Below are positions 47,522 through 58,026 of a DNA stretch of 64,000 nucleotides, piece by piece. Source of the stretch: an uncultured Pseudomonadota bacterium. Lineage in GTDB: Bacteria > Vulcanimicrobiota > Vulcanimicrobiia > Eremiobacterales > Eremiobacteraceae. Location: assembly GCA_963736005.1 (NCBI GenBank), contig CAVTNB010000003.1:320001-384000 (forward strand), in the 5' to 3' direction. The position numbers were made by a program, and so were the translations under genes. The notes beneath the pieces were generated by a model, which was given only the letters and a program-made list of their open reading frames with translations, was not told the origin of the DNA and did not search any database. Every line of letters starts with the position of its first letter. Position 1 is the first letter of the stretch.

Positions 47522-49342
47522 ATGCACACGCGTAGAGATATTCGCAATATCGGCATCGTCGCGCACGTTGACCACGGCAAGACCACGTTGGTCGATGCCA
47601 TGCTTCGTCAATCGGGGATCTTCCGCGACCCGACCTCCGCTGGCGAGCGCATCATGGACACCAATCCCATTGAGCGCGAGCGCGGGATCACAATCCTCGC
47701 AAAAAACACAGGCATCGTCTGGGACGGCATTAAGATCAACATCGTCGACACTCCAGGGCACGCGGATTTCGGTGGCGAGGTCGAGCGCGTGCTGCAGATG
47801 GTCAACGGTGTCCTGTTGCTCGTGGATGCGGCCGAGGGTCCCCTGCCGCAGACTCGCTTCGTCTTGCGTAAGGCGCTCGAGCAAGACTTGCCGGTCATCT
47901 TGGTCATCAACAAGATCGACCGCAAGGATGCCCGGCCGGTCGCAGTGCTCGATGAGGTGTTGGCGCTGTTCATCGACATCGGCTGCGCCGATCATCAACT
48001 TGATTTTCCCGTTGTGTACACAAACGCGCGCGAGGGGCTTGCGACGTATGACCTCCAGACGCCGGGCCGCGACATTCGGCCGCTCATGGAGACGATCATT
48101 CGGCATATTCCCGAGCCGCCAGGCGACGAGCACTCGCCATTCCAGATGCTGGTGTCCAACATCGATCATAATGAGTATGTGGGCCGTATTGCCATAGGCC
48201 GCATCTTCCGTGGCACGATTCATAAAGGTGAGCAGGTCGTGCGAATCAACCGCCAAGGTTCCACGTCGCACAGAGCCACCGCACTCTACGACTTCTTTGG
48301 TTTGCAGCGCAGGGAGCTCGAGGAAGCGAGCGCTGGCGACATCGTCGCGTTGGCCGGCATTGAGGGCATCAACATCACGGAAACGATCGCTGCCGGGGAA
48401 AACCCCGAAGCGGTCGACGCGGTCTTGGTTGACGAGCCGACCGTGTCAATTGATTTTCAAGTCAATACCTCACCGTTTGCCGGCCTTGAAGGCAAATACG
48501 TCACCAGTCGGCATCTGGGGGAGCGGCTCGCGAAGGAGCTGGAGAGTAATGTTGCGCTGCGCGTTGCACCAACCGCTTCTCCCGACACGTTTACTGTTTC
48601 CGGCCGAGGTGAACTGCATCTCTCCGTTCTCATTGAGACGATGCGCCGTGAGGGGTACGAACTCGCAATCTCCAAGCCACAGGTCATCGTCATCGAAAAA
48701 GATGGCAAGACGCTTGAACCCATTGAATACCTCGTGCTCGATGTGGCCGACGAGCATGCTGGTTCCGTGATCGAAGCGCTTGGCAAGCGCCGCGCAAAGT
48801 TGCTCAACATGCTCACGATCGGTTCCCAGCGCAGACTGGAGTACACGATCGCGACGCGCGCTCTCTTTGGGCTACGCGGCGAGCTCTTGACGCTTTCGCG
48901 CGGTACGGCCGTCATGAGCCATACCTATCACGATCATGAGAAGCAAGAGGCGCTCCCGGCCGATCGAGCGTTTGGCGCGCTCATCAGCGCGGAAACGGGT
49001 CTTGTGACCGCGTACGCGCTCGACAATTTGCAGCAACGAGGTCGCTTCTTCATCGGTCCGCAAACCCGGGTGTATGAGGGCATGGTCGTCGGCCGAGCCA
49101 ATAGCGAAGACGATATCACGGTCAACGTGTGCAAGATGAAGAAACTGACCAACATGCGTGCGGCGGGCTCTGACGATGCTCCGAACTTGGCGCCGCCCGA
49201 GGTGCTCACGCTCGAGCGGGCCCTCGAACTCATCCGCACCGACGAACTGATTGAAGTGACTCCGAAGTCGATCCGCTTGCGCAAGAAGCTTTTGACCGAG
49301 GATGCGCGGCGCAGAGCTTCCCGCGTCCACTCGCACACCTAG
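47522..49342 (+). CDS. typA: Translational GTPase TypA/BipA
   Basis: AHVDHGKTTLVD, ERERGITILAKN, DTPGHADFGGEVER, SGRGELHL, KKLTNMRAAG, EVTPKSIRLRK. Confidence 0.97.
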   Translation: MHTRRDIRNIGIVAHVDHGKTTLVDAMLRQSGIFRDPTSAGERIMDTNPIERERGITILAKNTGIVWDGIKINIVDTPGHADFGGEVERVLQMVNGVLLLVDAAEGPLPQTRFVLRKALEQDLPVILVINKIDRKDARPVAVLDEVLALFIDIGCADHQLDFPVVYTNAREGLATYDLQTPGRDIRPLMETIIRHIPEPPGDEHSPFQMLVSNIDHNEYVGRIAIGRIFRGTIHKGEQVVRINRQGSTSHRATALYDFFGLQRRELEEASAGDIVALAGIEGINITETIAAGENPEAVDAVLVDEPTVSIDFQVNTSPFAGLEGKYVTSRHLGERLAKELESNVALRVAPTASPDTFTVSGRGELHLSVLIETMRREGYELAISKPQVIVIEKDGKTLEPIEYLVLDVADEHAGSVIEALGKRRAKLLNMLTIGSQRRLEYTIATRALFGLRGELLTLSRGTAVMSHTYHDHEKQEALPADRAFGALISAETGLVTAYALDNLQQRGRFFIGPQTRVYEGMVVGRANSEDDITVNVCKMKKLTNMRAAGSDDAPNLAPPEVLTLERALELIRTDELIEVTPKSIRLRKKLLTEDARRRASRVHSHT

Positions 49343-49421
49343 CGTCGTCGCGCGAATTCATTCGCGCGGACCTTCGTCGCGAATAAATTCGCGATACTAC
49401 ATTGCGAATAAATTCGCGACA

Positions 49422-49751
49422 CTACATAGGTTGGATGTTGACGGCCGTGCCGTAACACACAACTTCGGTGACGCCATCCATGATGTCGTTCGTATCATAG
49501 CGCACGCCGATGATTCCGTTGCCGCCCATGGATTCCGCGTGCGACACCATTAACTCGTAAGCCTCGGTTCTCGCGTGCTCGCACAGCTCGGTGTACAGGG
49601 TGATATTGCCGCCTACCAGCGATTGAAAAGCAGCTCCAATGTTCCCAATGACGCTACGCGACCGAACGGTGATGCCGCGCACCATGCCAAGGTGCTTGAT
49701 GACCTTGTAACCCTCAAGCTCGAAACCGGTCGTCACGAGTGCGTTGTCCAT
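49422..49751 (-). CDS. YbjQ/UPF0145 family protein
   Basis: GMVRGITVRSR, GGNIT.Y..L...AR, GNGIIGVRYD, YGTAV. Confidence 0.9.
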   Translation of the reverse strand: MDNALVTTGFELEGYKVIKHLGMVRGITVRSRSVIGNIGAAFQSLVGGNITLYTELCEHARTEAYELMVSHAESMGGNGIIGVRYDTNDIMDGVTEVVCYGTAVNIQPM

Positions 49752-49877
49752 GACAACATCCGCCTCTCTCCGTTACAGGAACGCGATTGAGTTCGCGCTG
49801 GTCCATTGGGCAAATAAGCTGGAAAAGCCGCTCGGGGGGCAGGAAATGACTCGCTGCGATGTCGCAACTAGGGGGCC

Positions 49878-50279
49878 ATGCCGGTTCATCCGATTCATCA
49901 TCTGGCTATAGGCACGGATGCGTTTAACGTCGCCAAGAAATTTTATGGCGCGCTCCTGCCTACTTTGGGTTTTGACCTCGTCTTTGAAAAAGACGACTCC
50001 TTCGGTTACCAACGCGAAGGCTTTGAAATCATCGTCCTCAAGGGAAAGAGTCTCCAAGAGGATCTTTTTGACGGCGAGCGCCGCGTCGGCTTCGACCATC
50101 TTGCTCTCAATGCGGACTCGCGCGCCAAAGTTGATGAGTGCGCCAAGATTCTCGACGAACTGGGCGCCGACATCGACGACCCGCCGGCCATCGTGAGCGA
50201 ACTAGGGGAAGACTACTACGCAATGTGGGTGCGCGATCCAAGCGGCTTGCGCATCGAAGTTGTCTATCAGGGAAGCTAA
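49878..50279 (+). CDS. VOC (glyoxalase-like) family protein
   Basis: IHHLAI, GFDHLAL.ADSR..VD, YYA..RDPSGLRIEVV. Confidence 0.88.
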   Translation: MPVHPIHHLAIGTDAFNVAKKFYGALLPTLGFDLVFEKDDSFGYQREGFEIIVLKGKSLQEDLFDGERRVGFDHLALNADSRAKVDECAKILDELGADIDDPPAIVSELGEDYYAMWVRDPSGLRIEVVYQGS

Positions 50280-50881
50280 AGAATCGAGACCTCGTCTCGA
50301 AACGCTTCAGGATACTGTTCCCTGACCTGATCCACGTACAGCACGCGAGATGGTAGCCTCCCGAACCTCAGGCGATCGTAGCGGGTAAACGCGCGCTCAA
50401 GCGCATCGAGCGCGTTCACGCCTTCCCGTAAACGCTCGCGCCATGAAGGTGAATCCGGCTGGGGCTGACTCATGAGCTCGCGAACCTCGCCGATGAGTTT
50501 GGTTTTGAGAACGATGTTCTCTGGAGTCACGTTCTTGAGACAGATACCGTAATGTCCATTGAGGTAGCCGAACCACGCAGCCTCAATCTCAGCATCGTCC
50601 AAAGAAAGACCTTCGTCCGTGGCTGCTTGAGTCAACCGCGTTTGGAACAGCAGCTGCATGGCATCGACGCTGCTCGCTTCTTCAAGCAATTGAAAGTAAT
50701 CGTGGGGGACCATCGGAGTGCCGTTTGGCAGCACATAGCTTGGCAGGGGCAGCCTTCCGGCGAGCATGAGAATTCGTACCTCGGCCTCTTTGAAGGAATG
50801 TTGCTCGCAGGCGTGAGCCAAGGTCTCGTACTGATTGCTCACATACGCAACATCTCTCTCGTCGAGTGGCATGCCCGTCAT
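50276..50881 (-). CDS. DUF6058-like hypothetical protein
   Basis: GRLPLPSYVL, W.GYL.G.YGICL..VTPENI..K, LDALER.F..YDR.RFG. Family name recalled, not searched. Confidence 0.65.
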   Translation of the reverse strand: MTGMPLDERDVAYVSNQYETLAHACEQHSFKEAEVRILMLAGRLPLPSYVLPNGTPMVPHDYFQLLEEASSVDAMQLLFQTRLTQAATDEGLSLDDAEIEAAWFGYLNGHYGICLKNVTPENIVLKTKLIGEVRELMSQPQPDSPSWRERLREGVNALDALERAFTRYDRLRFGRLPSRVLYVDQVREQYPEAFRDEVSIL

Positions 50882-51582
50882 AGCGGACGTTGCCTCTCGA
50901 CAGAGATGCCGAAGCTCTTGAGAAGCCAGCGACCCCCATCGGCTGTGATCTTGAGCGAACGATTCGAGCGCGCCCGCGTGAACCAGCCTTGTTCGATCGT
51001 GCGATTGGCGAGCGCGGCGCCCAGTGCTCCACCAACATGGGGACGGCGCTCGCTCCAGTCGAGACATTGGGTGGCGAGCCTTCGGCGCGACTGCTCGAAC
51101 GGCTCGGACTCGACGCCAAACGCCACAAGCCACTTCATCCCTTTTTTGGTGATCTCGAAGTCGCGCCCGTGCGGCACGATGTAGGAGCGGTGCGCGAGCG
51201 CTTCGGTGATTCCCACGCCGATGTATCCCGCCAGATGATCGTAACACATCCGCGCGAGCTTCAACGCTGCAGATTCATCCGACTGACGCAGGGACACGAT
51301 CTGGTGCTCCGGACTTATAGCACCAAGCGCCTCGAGTGCGTGGCCGACCTTGGCATTGCCTAAACGATAGAGGCGGTAACGCCCGCTGCGCATCACCTTG
51401 GTGAGGCTGGCCTTGGTCAACTTCGCGAGGTGTGCACTGGCGGTTTGCGCAGAGACGCCGGCGCGCTCGGCAAGCATGGTCGCCGGATAGGCTTCACCGC
51501 TCATAAGCACCGACATCATCGCAGCCCGGGCGGGGTCCCCGATGAGACCGGCGACGACCGCAAGGTCAGGGCCGGCGATCAT
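50878..51582 (-). CDS. ArsR/SmtB family HTH regulator
   Basis: IGDPARA.M...L, LA..AGVSAQTASAHL.KL, ARMCYDHLAG, CLDWSERRPH. Confidence 0.88.
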   Translation of the reverse strand: MIAGPDLAVVAGLIGDPARAAMMSVLMSGEAYPATMLAERAGVSAQTASAHLAKLTKASLTKVMRSGRYRLYRLGNAKVGHALEALGAISPEHQIVSLRQSDESAALKLARMCYDHLAGYIGVGITEALAHRSYIVPHGRDFEITKKGMKWLVAFGVESEPFEQSRRRLATQCLDWSERRPHVGGALGAALANRTIEQGWFTRARSNRSLKITADGGRWLLKSFGISVERQRPL

Positions 51583-51665
51583 ACTTCGACCGGTAACGAA
51601 GTGTCTCCGTGGTATCATGAACGCATCTGCTCTGCTCGGTGCTGCGCTTCCTGCCGATGTGCGAA

Positions 51666-51816
51666 GGGCGACTTGACAGTCGCCCGCTACAGGTTCTCTG
51701 CTACATGGGAACTTGAGAGTCGCCCGCTACAGGTTCTCTGCTACATGGGAACTTGAGAGTCGCCCGCTACAAGTTCTCTGCTGGTTGGCAGGGGCGATTT
51801 GCCAATCGTCCCCTAC
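51666..51816. repeat. 40-bp tandem repeat (about 2.8 copies) built from REP family 4, followed by a family-3 REP
   Basis: ACTTGASAGTCGCCCGCTACARGTTCTCTGCTACATGGGA starts at 51671, 51711 and 51751 (last copy partial). Confidence 0.85.
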
Positions 51817-51829
51817 GGGGTCAGCGGAT

Positions 51830-52231
51830 CTAAAGATCCGCGGCTCCATTTAAGGCCAGGGCTTGTTTTAACACCTTTAGGCCGAGTAGCGCGCATTTCA
51901 ACCGAACCGCCGATATTTGAATTCCCAAGTTCTCGAGCACTTCTTCCTTGCCGATCCTCTCGACCTCAGCGACAGTCTTGCCCTTCACCGCTTCGGTCAG
52001 CAGCGACGCCGAGGCCTGGGAGATCGCACAACCGCGGCCGCGAAAGCGGATGTCCTCGATGACCCCATCGCGCAGTTTCACATCCATGCGAATCTTATCG
52101 CCACACAGTGGGTTGTTGTCTTCGAAGGTTACATCCGGCGACTCAAGCGTGCCCGCATTGCGAGGATTGCGATAGTGATCGAGGATGAAGTCGCGATAGA
52201 GGTCCTCCATCCCGGTGAAATCGTCTTTCAT
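51830..52231 (-). CDS. sufU: SufU/IscU-type Fe-S scaffold
   Basis: LY...ILDHY.NPRN, NPLCGD, GCAISQAS, RLKCALL. Confidence 0.9.
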   Translation of the reverse strand: MKDDFTGMEDLYRDFILDHYRNPRNAGTLESPDVTFEDNNPLCGDKIRMDVKLRDGVIEDIRFRGRGCAISQASASLLTEAVKGKTVAEVERIGKEEVLENLGIQISAVRLKCALLGLKVLKQALALNGAADL

Positions 52232-52242
52232 AAACTATGCGT

Positions 52243-53514
52243 TCAATCGATCTTGAAGATTCGCTTGGCCTTTTCGATGCCCGCGATAAGGACGTCGATC
52301 TCACCCGGCGTGTTATAAATGTAGAATGAGGCACGCGTCGTGGCCGGCACGCCGAGTTTCTCCATCAGGGGTTGATTGCAATGATGGCCCGCGCGGACGC
52401 AAATACCTTCCCGGTCGAGGATGCTCGCCAAGTCGTGCGCGTGGATGTCACCGACCGTGATCGAGATGACGCCGGTTCGATGCCTGATATCGGGGCCGTA
52501 GATAACCACGTGCTTTTCCCGCGAGAGCTTCTCGAGCGCAATCTTCGCCAGGGAAATCTCGTACTCGTGGACGCGATCCATACCAATCGTCTCGAGATAG
52601 TCAACCGCTGCACCCAAGCCTACCGCCTCCGCAATCGCCGGGGTCCCTGCCTCGAATCGCGCCGGTACGTCAGCATACGTCGAACAATTGTACTCGACCA
52701 CATTGATCATGCCACCGCCGGACATGAAGGGCGGCATGGCGTCAAGCAACTCTTTTCTGCCGAAAAGAATCCCAATGCCGGTCGGGCCCAGCATTTTGTG
52801 TGAGGAGAATGCCATAAAGTCGCATTGCCAGTCGGTCACGTCCACTGGCATTCGCGGCACTGCCTGACAGGCATCCACCACGCTGATCGCCCCAGCACTC
52901 CGTGCTCTGGCAGCCAGCTCTTTCACGGGGTTGATCGTCCCGAGCGTGTTGCTCACCGCCGTGAAAGCAAAAATCTTGGCTCCTTGAAGCAAATCATCGA
53001 GCGATCGTAGATCGAGCAAGCCATCCGGCGTGATCGGCACGAAGCGAAGTTGGGCTTCTTTTTCCTGCGCGAGAATTTGCCAGGGCACAAGATTGGAGTG
53101 GTGCTCCATCTCCGTGAGCACGATGACGTCGCCGCGCTTGACGTTGTGCCGACCCCACGCATAGGCGACCAAATTGAGGCCCTCGGTGGCATTGCGCACA
53201 AAAATGCATTCGGCCGCGCAAGGCGAGCCGATGAACCGCGCGACCTTGCTGCGCGCTTCTTCGTAGGCTTCGGTGGCAAGCTCGCTGATGTGGTAGATGC
53301 CGCGATGGATGTTGGCGTGATAGCGACGGTAGTAGTCGTCCATCGCCTCGATGACTTGAACCGGCTTCTGCGAAGAGGCTGCGCTGTCCAAGAACACGAG
53401 CGGCTTGCCGTGTGGCCGCTCCCGCAGAATCGGAAAATCTTGACGGATGCGTGCGACGTCTGCTTGGGTTAGGGGCTCGCGGCGCGCGGCCGGTGCGGTG
53501 AGTGCGCTCTTCAT
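52243..53514 (-). CDS. sufS: Cysteine desulfurase SufS
   Basis: LDSAASSQKP, MEHHSNLVPWQ, SSHKMLGPTG, RAGHHCNQP. Confidence 0.95.
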   Translation of the reverse strand: MKSALTAPAARREPLTQADVARIRQDFPILRERPHGKPLVFLDSAASSQKPVQVIEAMDDYYRRYHANIHRGIYHISELATEAYEEARSKVARFIGSPCAAECIFVRNATEGLNLVAYAWGRHNVKRGDVIVLTEMEHHSNLVPWQILAQEKEAQLRFVPITPDGLLDLRSLDDLLQGAKIFAFTAVSNTLGTINPVKELAARARSAGAISVVDACQAVPRMPVDVTDWQCDFMAFSSHKMLGPTGIGILFGRKELLDAMPPFMSGGGMINVVEYNCSTYADVPARFEAGTPAIAEAVGLGAAVDYLETIGMDRVHEYEISLAKIALEKLSREKHVVIYGPDIRHRTGVISITVGDIHAHDLASILDREGICVRAGHHCNQPLMEKLGVPATTRASFYIYNTPGEIDVLIAGIEKAKRIFKID

Positions 53515-53837
53515 GAGGACACCTCGATCGAAATCTTGCCATCGCTGATCTGCACGGGGTACGTGCGAACCGGACGGATGGCTGGCAAACGCGTTGCGAC
53601 CCCGCTCGTCACGTCGAAGCGCGCTCCGTGTCGGGGGCACTCGATCTCTTTGCCGATCAGTTCGCCTTGATCGAGCGGACCGCGGTCGTGCGTACACACG
53701 TCATCGATGGCATAGATCTGACCGCCGTAGTTGCACAGAGCGATCTGTCGCCCTTCGACTTCGACAACTTTGACCTTCCCCTCGGGCACGTCCTCGACGC
53801 GCGCCACTTCGACTCCCTGCGCCGGCATCGCGCTCAC
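53511..53837 (-). CDS. Rieske-type ferredoxin
   Basis: CTH...CPRH Rieske motifs. Confidence 0.92.
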   Translation of the reverse strand: MSAMPAQGVEVARVEDVPEGKVKVVEVEGRQIALCNYGGQIYAIDDVCTHDRGPLDQGELIGKEIECPRHGARFDVTSGVATRLPAIRPVRTYPVQISDGKISIEVSS

Positions 53838-55027
53838 ACGCCGACGCGCTGGAGATGTGGCGCAACTTTGCCGCGCAACAGCTCGGTGACACTCGGTTCG
53901 CCAAATTTTTCAAACACTTCGCCAAAGAAGCCCTCGACGATGAGCCGAGCCGCCGCGTTCGGCGTGAGTCCGCGACTGGTGGCATAAAAGAGCTGCTCTT
54001 CGTCTACGGGTCCAACCGTCGCGCCATGCGTGCAGCGCACGTCGTCGGCTTCGATTTCTAGCATCGGCTCTGTGTCGGCGCGCGCGCCTTCGCTGAGCAA
54101 TAAATTGCGATTGGCCTGATAGGCGTCGCTGCGCTGCGCGCCGCGATCGATAATGATGATACCCGTATAGGCTGAATGCGAATGGTCGTCGAGCGCGGCT
54201 TTGAAGAGCAGGTCGCTGCGCGTGTTCGGCGAGCGATGTCCTTGCAGCGTGTGATAGTCAAACTGCTGCTTGCCTTCCGCGAACACGAGCCCAAGCATGT
54301 CGCTTTCCGCCCCGGAACCCATCAGCTCTACTTCGACGTCGGTGCGTGCGAGCTTCCCGCCGAGCCCAAAGTTCAGCGTGACGAGTTTAGCATCCCGGCC
54401 GATTTCGGCTCGCTGGTGAGAGAACACCACGCTGTCGCGTGGGCAATCTTGCACGTGCACGTAGTTGAGATGGGCACCGTCCTCGAGGATGAGGTCCACC
54501 TTCCCGGACGCGAGGCGCCCCGCGTGGGTATGTTGCTCCATGATCGTCGCGCGGGCATTTTTGCCGAGCACCACGAGCAGGCGCGGGTAGGGACCACCCT
54601 TCCAGTTGACCTGGATGGGCTCGGCAACGGTGGCTCCTGCAGGGACGGAAATGTATCCGCCCGCTTGCCACACGCTTTGGGCCAATGCGGAGAATTTTCT
54701 GAAAGAGACGCCCGTGTGCACGCTTGCGACAAGAGGCACGGGACCGCGAGCAACTGCTTGCGCAAGCGAGCTCGAGACCACTCCGGCTCGCTGATCCTGT
54801 GGCGAAATTGCAATGTCGCATTCGCTAGGAGCGGAGGGTTCGGGAGTAAGATCGATGCCGGCGAGATCGGTGCGCCGCCAACCCATCGTGCTCTCCGTGG
54901 GAAATGGAATAGACTCGTACTGCTCGAGCGCGCTCAATCTGGCCTCAAGCACGTTTTTGGGCTCTGAAGCCGAAAGTCGCGCGAGGTCGTCGCGCGAAAT
55001 CGGAGGTGTGGTTTTTGTCTCGGTCAC
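53834..55027 (-). CDS. sufD: Fe-S cluster assembly protein SufD
   Basis: [45 protein letters not shown]. Confidence 0.9.
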   Translation of the reverse strand: MTETKTTPPISRDDLARLSASEPKNVLEARLSALEQYESIPFPTESTMGWRRTDLAGIDLTPEPSAPSECDIAISPQDQRAGVVSSSLAQAVARGPVPLVASVHTGVSFRKFSALAQSVWQAGGYISVPAGATVAEPIQVNWKGGPYPRLLVVLGKNARATIMEQHTHAGRLASGKVDLILEDGAHLNYVHVQDCPRDSVVFSHQRAEIGRDAKLVTLNFGLGGKLARTDVEVELMGSGAESDMLGLVFAEGKQQFDYHTLQGHRSPNTRSDLLFKAALDDHSHSAYTGIIIIDRGAQRSDAYQANRNLLLSEGARADTEPMLEIEADDVRCTHGATVGPVDEEQLFYATSRGLTPNAAARLIVEGFFGEVFEKFGEPSVTELLRGKVAPHLQRVGV

Positions 55028-55042
55028 GGTTGTTGGGTCGGG

Positions 55043-56459
55043 TTAGCCGACGGAGCCTTCCATCTCGAGTGCGATCGAGCCGGTTCAGCTCAACTGCGTA
55101 CTCCATCGGCAGCTCCTTGACGAACGGCTCAAAGAATCCGTTCACGATCATCGTCGTCGCTTCGACCTCGGTAAGGCCGCTGCTCATGACGTAGAAAAGC
55201 TGTTCCTCGCCGACCTTGGACACGGTTGCCTCGTGTTCGATGCGAACGTTCTTCGAATCGATCTCCATAGTCGGATAGGTGTCCGAACGGGATTCGGGAT
55301 CCATGAGCAGCGCGTCGCAGCGGACGTTGGACTTCACTCCGTCGCAGCCTTCGTAGACTTTGACAAGTCCACGATAGCTTGTCCGACCGCCACCCTTGCT
55401 GACCGACTTGCTCGTGATTAGGGATGTCGTATTCGGCGCCGCGTGCACCATCTTCGAACCAGCGTCTTGGTGTTGCCCCTCGCTCGCGTACGCGATGGAG
55501 AGCACGTCGCCGCGCGCTCCTTCGCCGACCATGTACACCGACGGGTACTTCATCGTGAGGCGCGAGCCGATGTTGCCATCCACCCACTCAACGTGGGCGT
55601 TCTTTTGAGCCATCGCGCGCTTGGTGACAAGATTGTAGATGTTCTTGTACCAGTTCTGGATCGTCGTGTAGCGAATGTGCGCGCCTTCCTTGGCGATGAG
55701 TTCAACGACGGCCGAGTGCAGCGAATTGCTCGAATACGTCGGCGCCGTGCATCCTTCGATGTAGTGCACGAACGAGCCGGGCTCGGCAATGATCAGCGTG
55801 CGCTCGAATTGACCCATGCTCTCGGCGTTGATGCGGAAATACGCCTGGAGCGGAACGTCGACGCTGCACCCCGTCGGGTACCCAGATGAACGAGCCGCCG
55901 GACCAGACAGCCGAATTCAGCGCAGAAAACTTGTTGTCGGCAGGCGGGATAACCGTGGCGAAGTGCTCGCGCACGATGTCTTCGTGCTCGCGCAAGGCTG
56001 GTATCCATGTCGGAGAACAGCACGCCTTGCGCTTCGAGTCTTTGCGGATGCTGTGGTAGACGACTTCAGAATCGTATTGGGCGGTGACGCCGCCGAAAAA
56101 CTTGCGCTCCGCTTCGGGGATGCCCAGACGATCGAACGTGCGCTTGATATCAGCGGGTACTTCTTCCCACGTCTTGCCTTCGACGTCGGACGCTCGCATG
56201 TAGTAGTAGATGTCTGTCGAAATCGATCTGGCCCGAGCACCTCGAGGTCTGCCCACAGCGGCAGCGGTTTGCTCAGGAAAATGTCGAGCGAGCGGTGGCG
56301 GAAGTCGCGCATCCACTGCGGCTCGTGTTTCATCTGCGAAATCTGCTCCACGATATCGTGGTCGATGCCCTTGCGCGCCTTAAAGCTATAGGTGTCAGTT
56401 TGGTCGCGAAAACCGTACTGATAATCTTTATCGACGAGCGTCTGCTGTTTGGTTGCCAT
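55043..56459 (-). CDS. sufB: Fe-S cluster assembly protein SufB (frameshifted in this sequence)
   Basis: [55 protein letters not shown] and ..LEMEGSVG* lie in several frames. Confidence 0.88.
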
Positions 56460-56465
56460 GATTTT

Positions 56466-57229
56466 CTAGGCCTCCACGAGCTCTTTGATGAGCGGATCGT
56501 AGCCCTGTGCTTCGAGTTCGTGCGCAAGTTCGGGACCGCCTTCTTTGACGATCTTCCCACGCACCATGACGTGCACTCTGTCGGGCTTAAGGTAGTTGAG
56601 AATACGCTGGTAATGCGTGATGAGCAGAATCGAACGCTCGGGTCCGCGCTGAGCTTCGATGCCTTCGGCGATGATGCGCAACGCATCAATGTCGAGTCCA
56701 GAATCCGTTTCGTCCAAGATTTCGAGCTCTGGCTGGAGCACGAGCACTTGCAGAATTTCAAGCCGCTTCTTTTCTCCGCCGGAGAAGCCGTCATTGACGT
56801 ACCGGCCTAGCACCGCCGGGTCCATCTTCAGTTTGGCTATTCCCTCGTCGAGGAGTTTCTTGAACTTCGCTGGCGCCAACGGGGCTGAGCCCTTGTGACG
56901 CGCCATGAGTGCGTTGCGCAGGAAGTTGGCGACCGACACGCCCGGAACTGCGGACGGGATACTGAAAGCCCAAGAACATGCCGAGCAGCGAGCGCTCCGT
57001 GGGAGGGAGCCCGAGAATGCTGCTGCCCTTTAAAGAGTATGTCGCCCTGAGTCACCTTGTACTTTGGGTGGCCCATGAGCGCAAGCGAAAGCGTGCTCTT
57101 GCCCGAGCCATTGGGGCCCATGAGCGCATGCACGCTGCCGCGGTCGATTGTGAGGTTGACGCCGCGAATGATCTCGGTATCGCCGACGGCAACATGGAGA
57201 TCGCGGATCTCAAGAAGTCTATCTGCCAT
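56466..57229 (-). CDS. sufC: Fe-S cluster assembly ATPase SufC (frameshifted in this sequence)
   Basis: MGPNGSGKSTL, FLGFQYP, GFSGGEKKR, LDETDSGLDIDAL, ITHYQRIL lie in three frames. Confidence 0.88.
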
Positions 57230-57242
57230 GATTCCTTACTCT

Positions 57243-57309
57243 ATTGTACGGGTTTGGGGCCCAAATAGTCAAGATAAGTCTTGAAAATCTATGCTACATT
57301 CTATATAAT
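57243..57309. promoter_or_regulatory. Back-to-back sigma70-type promoters with a central palindrome (candidate SufR operator)
   Basis: Plus strand TTGAAA-17-TATAAT (57281-57309); minus strand TTGACT-18-TACAAT (57272-57243); TCAAGA-TAAG-TCTTGA at 57269-57284. Confidence 0.65.
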
Positions 57310-57336
57310 GGCATTAGCACCCTCGCCAAACCTACT

Positions 57337-58026
57337 ATGAGAGAACAAAGCTTTTTTCAAACCACGCGTGGCCGCATCGTTCAGTCTCTGAAGGAGCATC
57401 GCGCCCGCACCGCCTCCCAACTGTCGCAAGAGCACGGCGTCACGCCCAATGCGATTCGGCAGCATCTTTCGCGCCTTGGCCGCGACGGTCTTATTAGCGA
57501 GCGGGCCGAGCGCCTTGGGCGCACCAAGCCGACCCTTGTCTACTCCCTCACAGAAGAGGGAGAACAACTCTTCCCGCAACGCTATCCATTGCTGCTCTCG
57601 GTGCTCTTGGACGAGCTGCAGCGCGAAGATGGTTCGGCCAAATTGAAAGCGCTCTTTGAGAACATCGGCAGGCGCTCGGCGAAGCGTCATGCTGCGCGCT
57701 TTGCCGGTAAGGATCTTCCCGAAAGGGTCGCCGAGCTCGCGGCATTTCTGCGCGAGCGCGGCGTGATTGTCGAATACGAGCGCACGCCAAACGGGTTTAC
57801 CTTCCGCGAATACAATTGTCCGTTCAAAGAAAATGTCAGCGCGCATCCCGAAATCTGCTCGATGGTTCACACGCTTATGGGGGAAGTGCTTCCCGGGGCA
57901 CCCCGCCAGACGGCCTCCATCGCATCCGGAGATAGCCGCTGTGAATTCGAGTTGAGCGCCGCTGCGCCAAACACAAGCAAGGCCGCCGCACCGGAGAAGG
58001 TGCGCGCACTCTCAGGGGAGCTGTAA
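57337..58026 (+). CDS. sufR: SufR-like Fe-S-sensing transcriptional regulator
   Basis: N-terminal wHTH (T.NAIRQHL..L...GL, GRTKP..VYSLT), FP.RY, YNCP...IC...C; divergent from the suf operon. Confidence 0.82.
   Translation: MREQSFFQTTRGRIVQSLKEHRARTASQLSQEHGVTPNAIRQHLSRLGRDGLISERAERLGRTKPTLVYSLTEEGEQLFPQRYPLLLSVLLDELQREDGSAKLKALFENIGRRSAKRHAARFAGKDLPERVAELAAFLRERGVIVEYERTPNGFTFREYNCPFKENVSAHPEICSMVHTLMGEVLPGAPRQTASIASGDSRCEFELSAAAPNTSKAAAPEKVRALSGEL

Noticed and set aside
51671..51782. CRISPR array
   Set aside because: The units are contiguous with no unique spacers and are REP-derived.
25642..57229. ETF-QO, sufB and sufC as true pseudogenes or programmed frameshifts
   Set aside because: Multiple single-base indels with fully conserved motifs fit sequencing error better.
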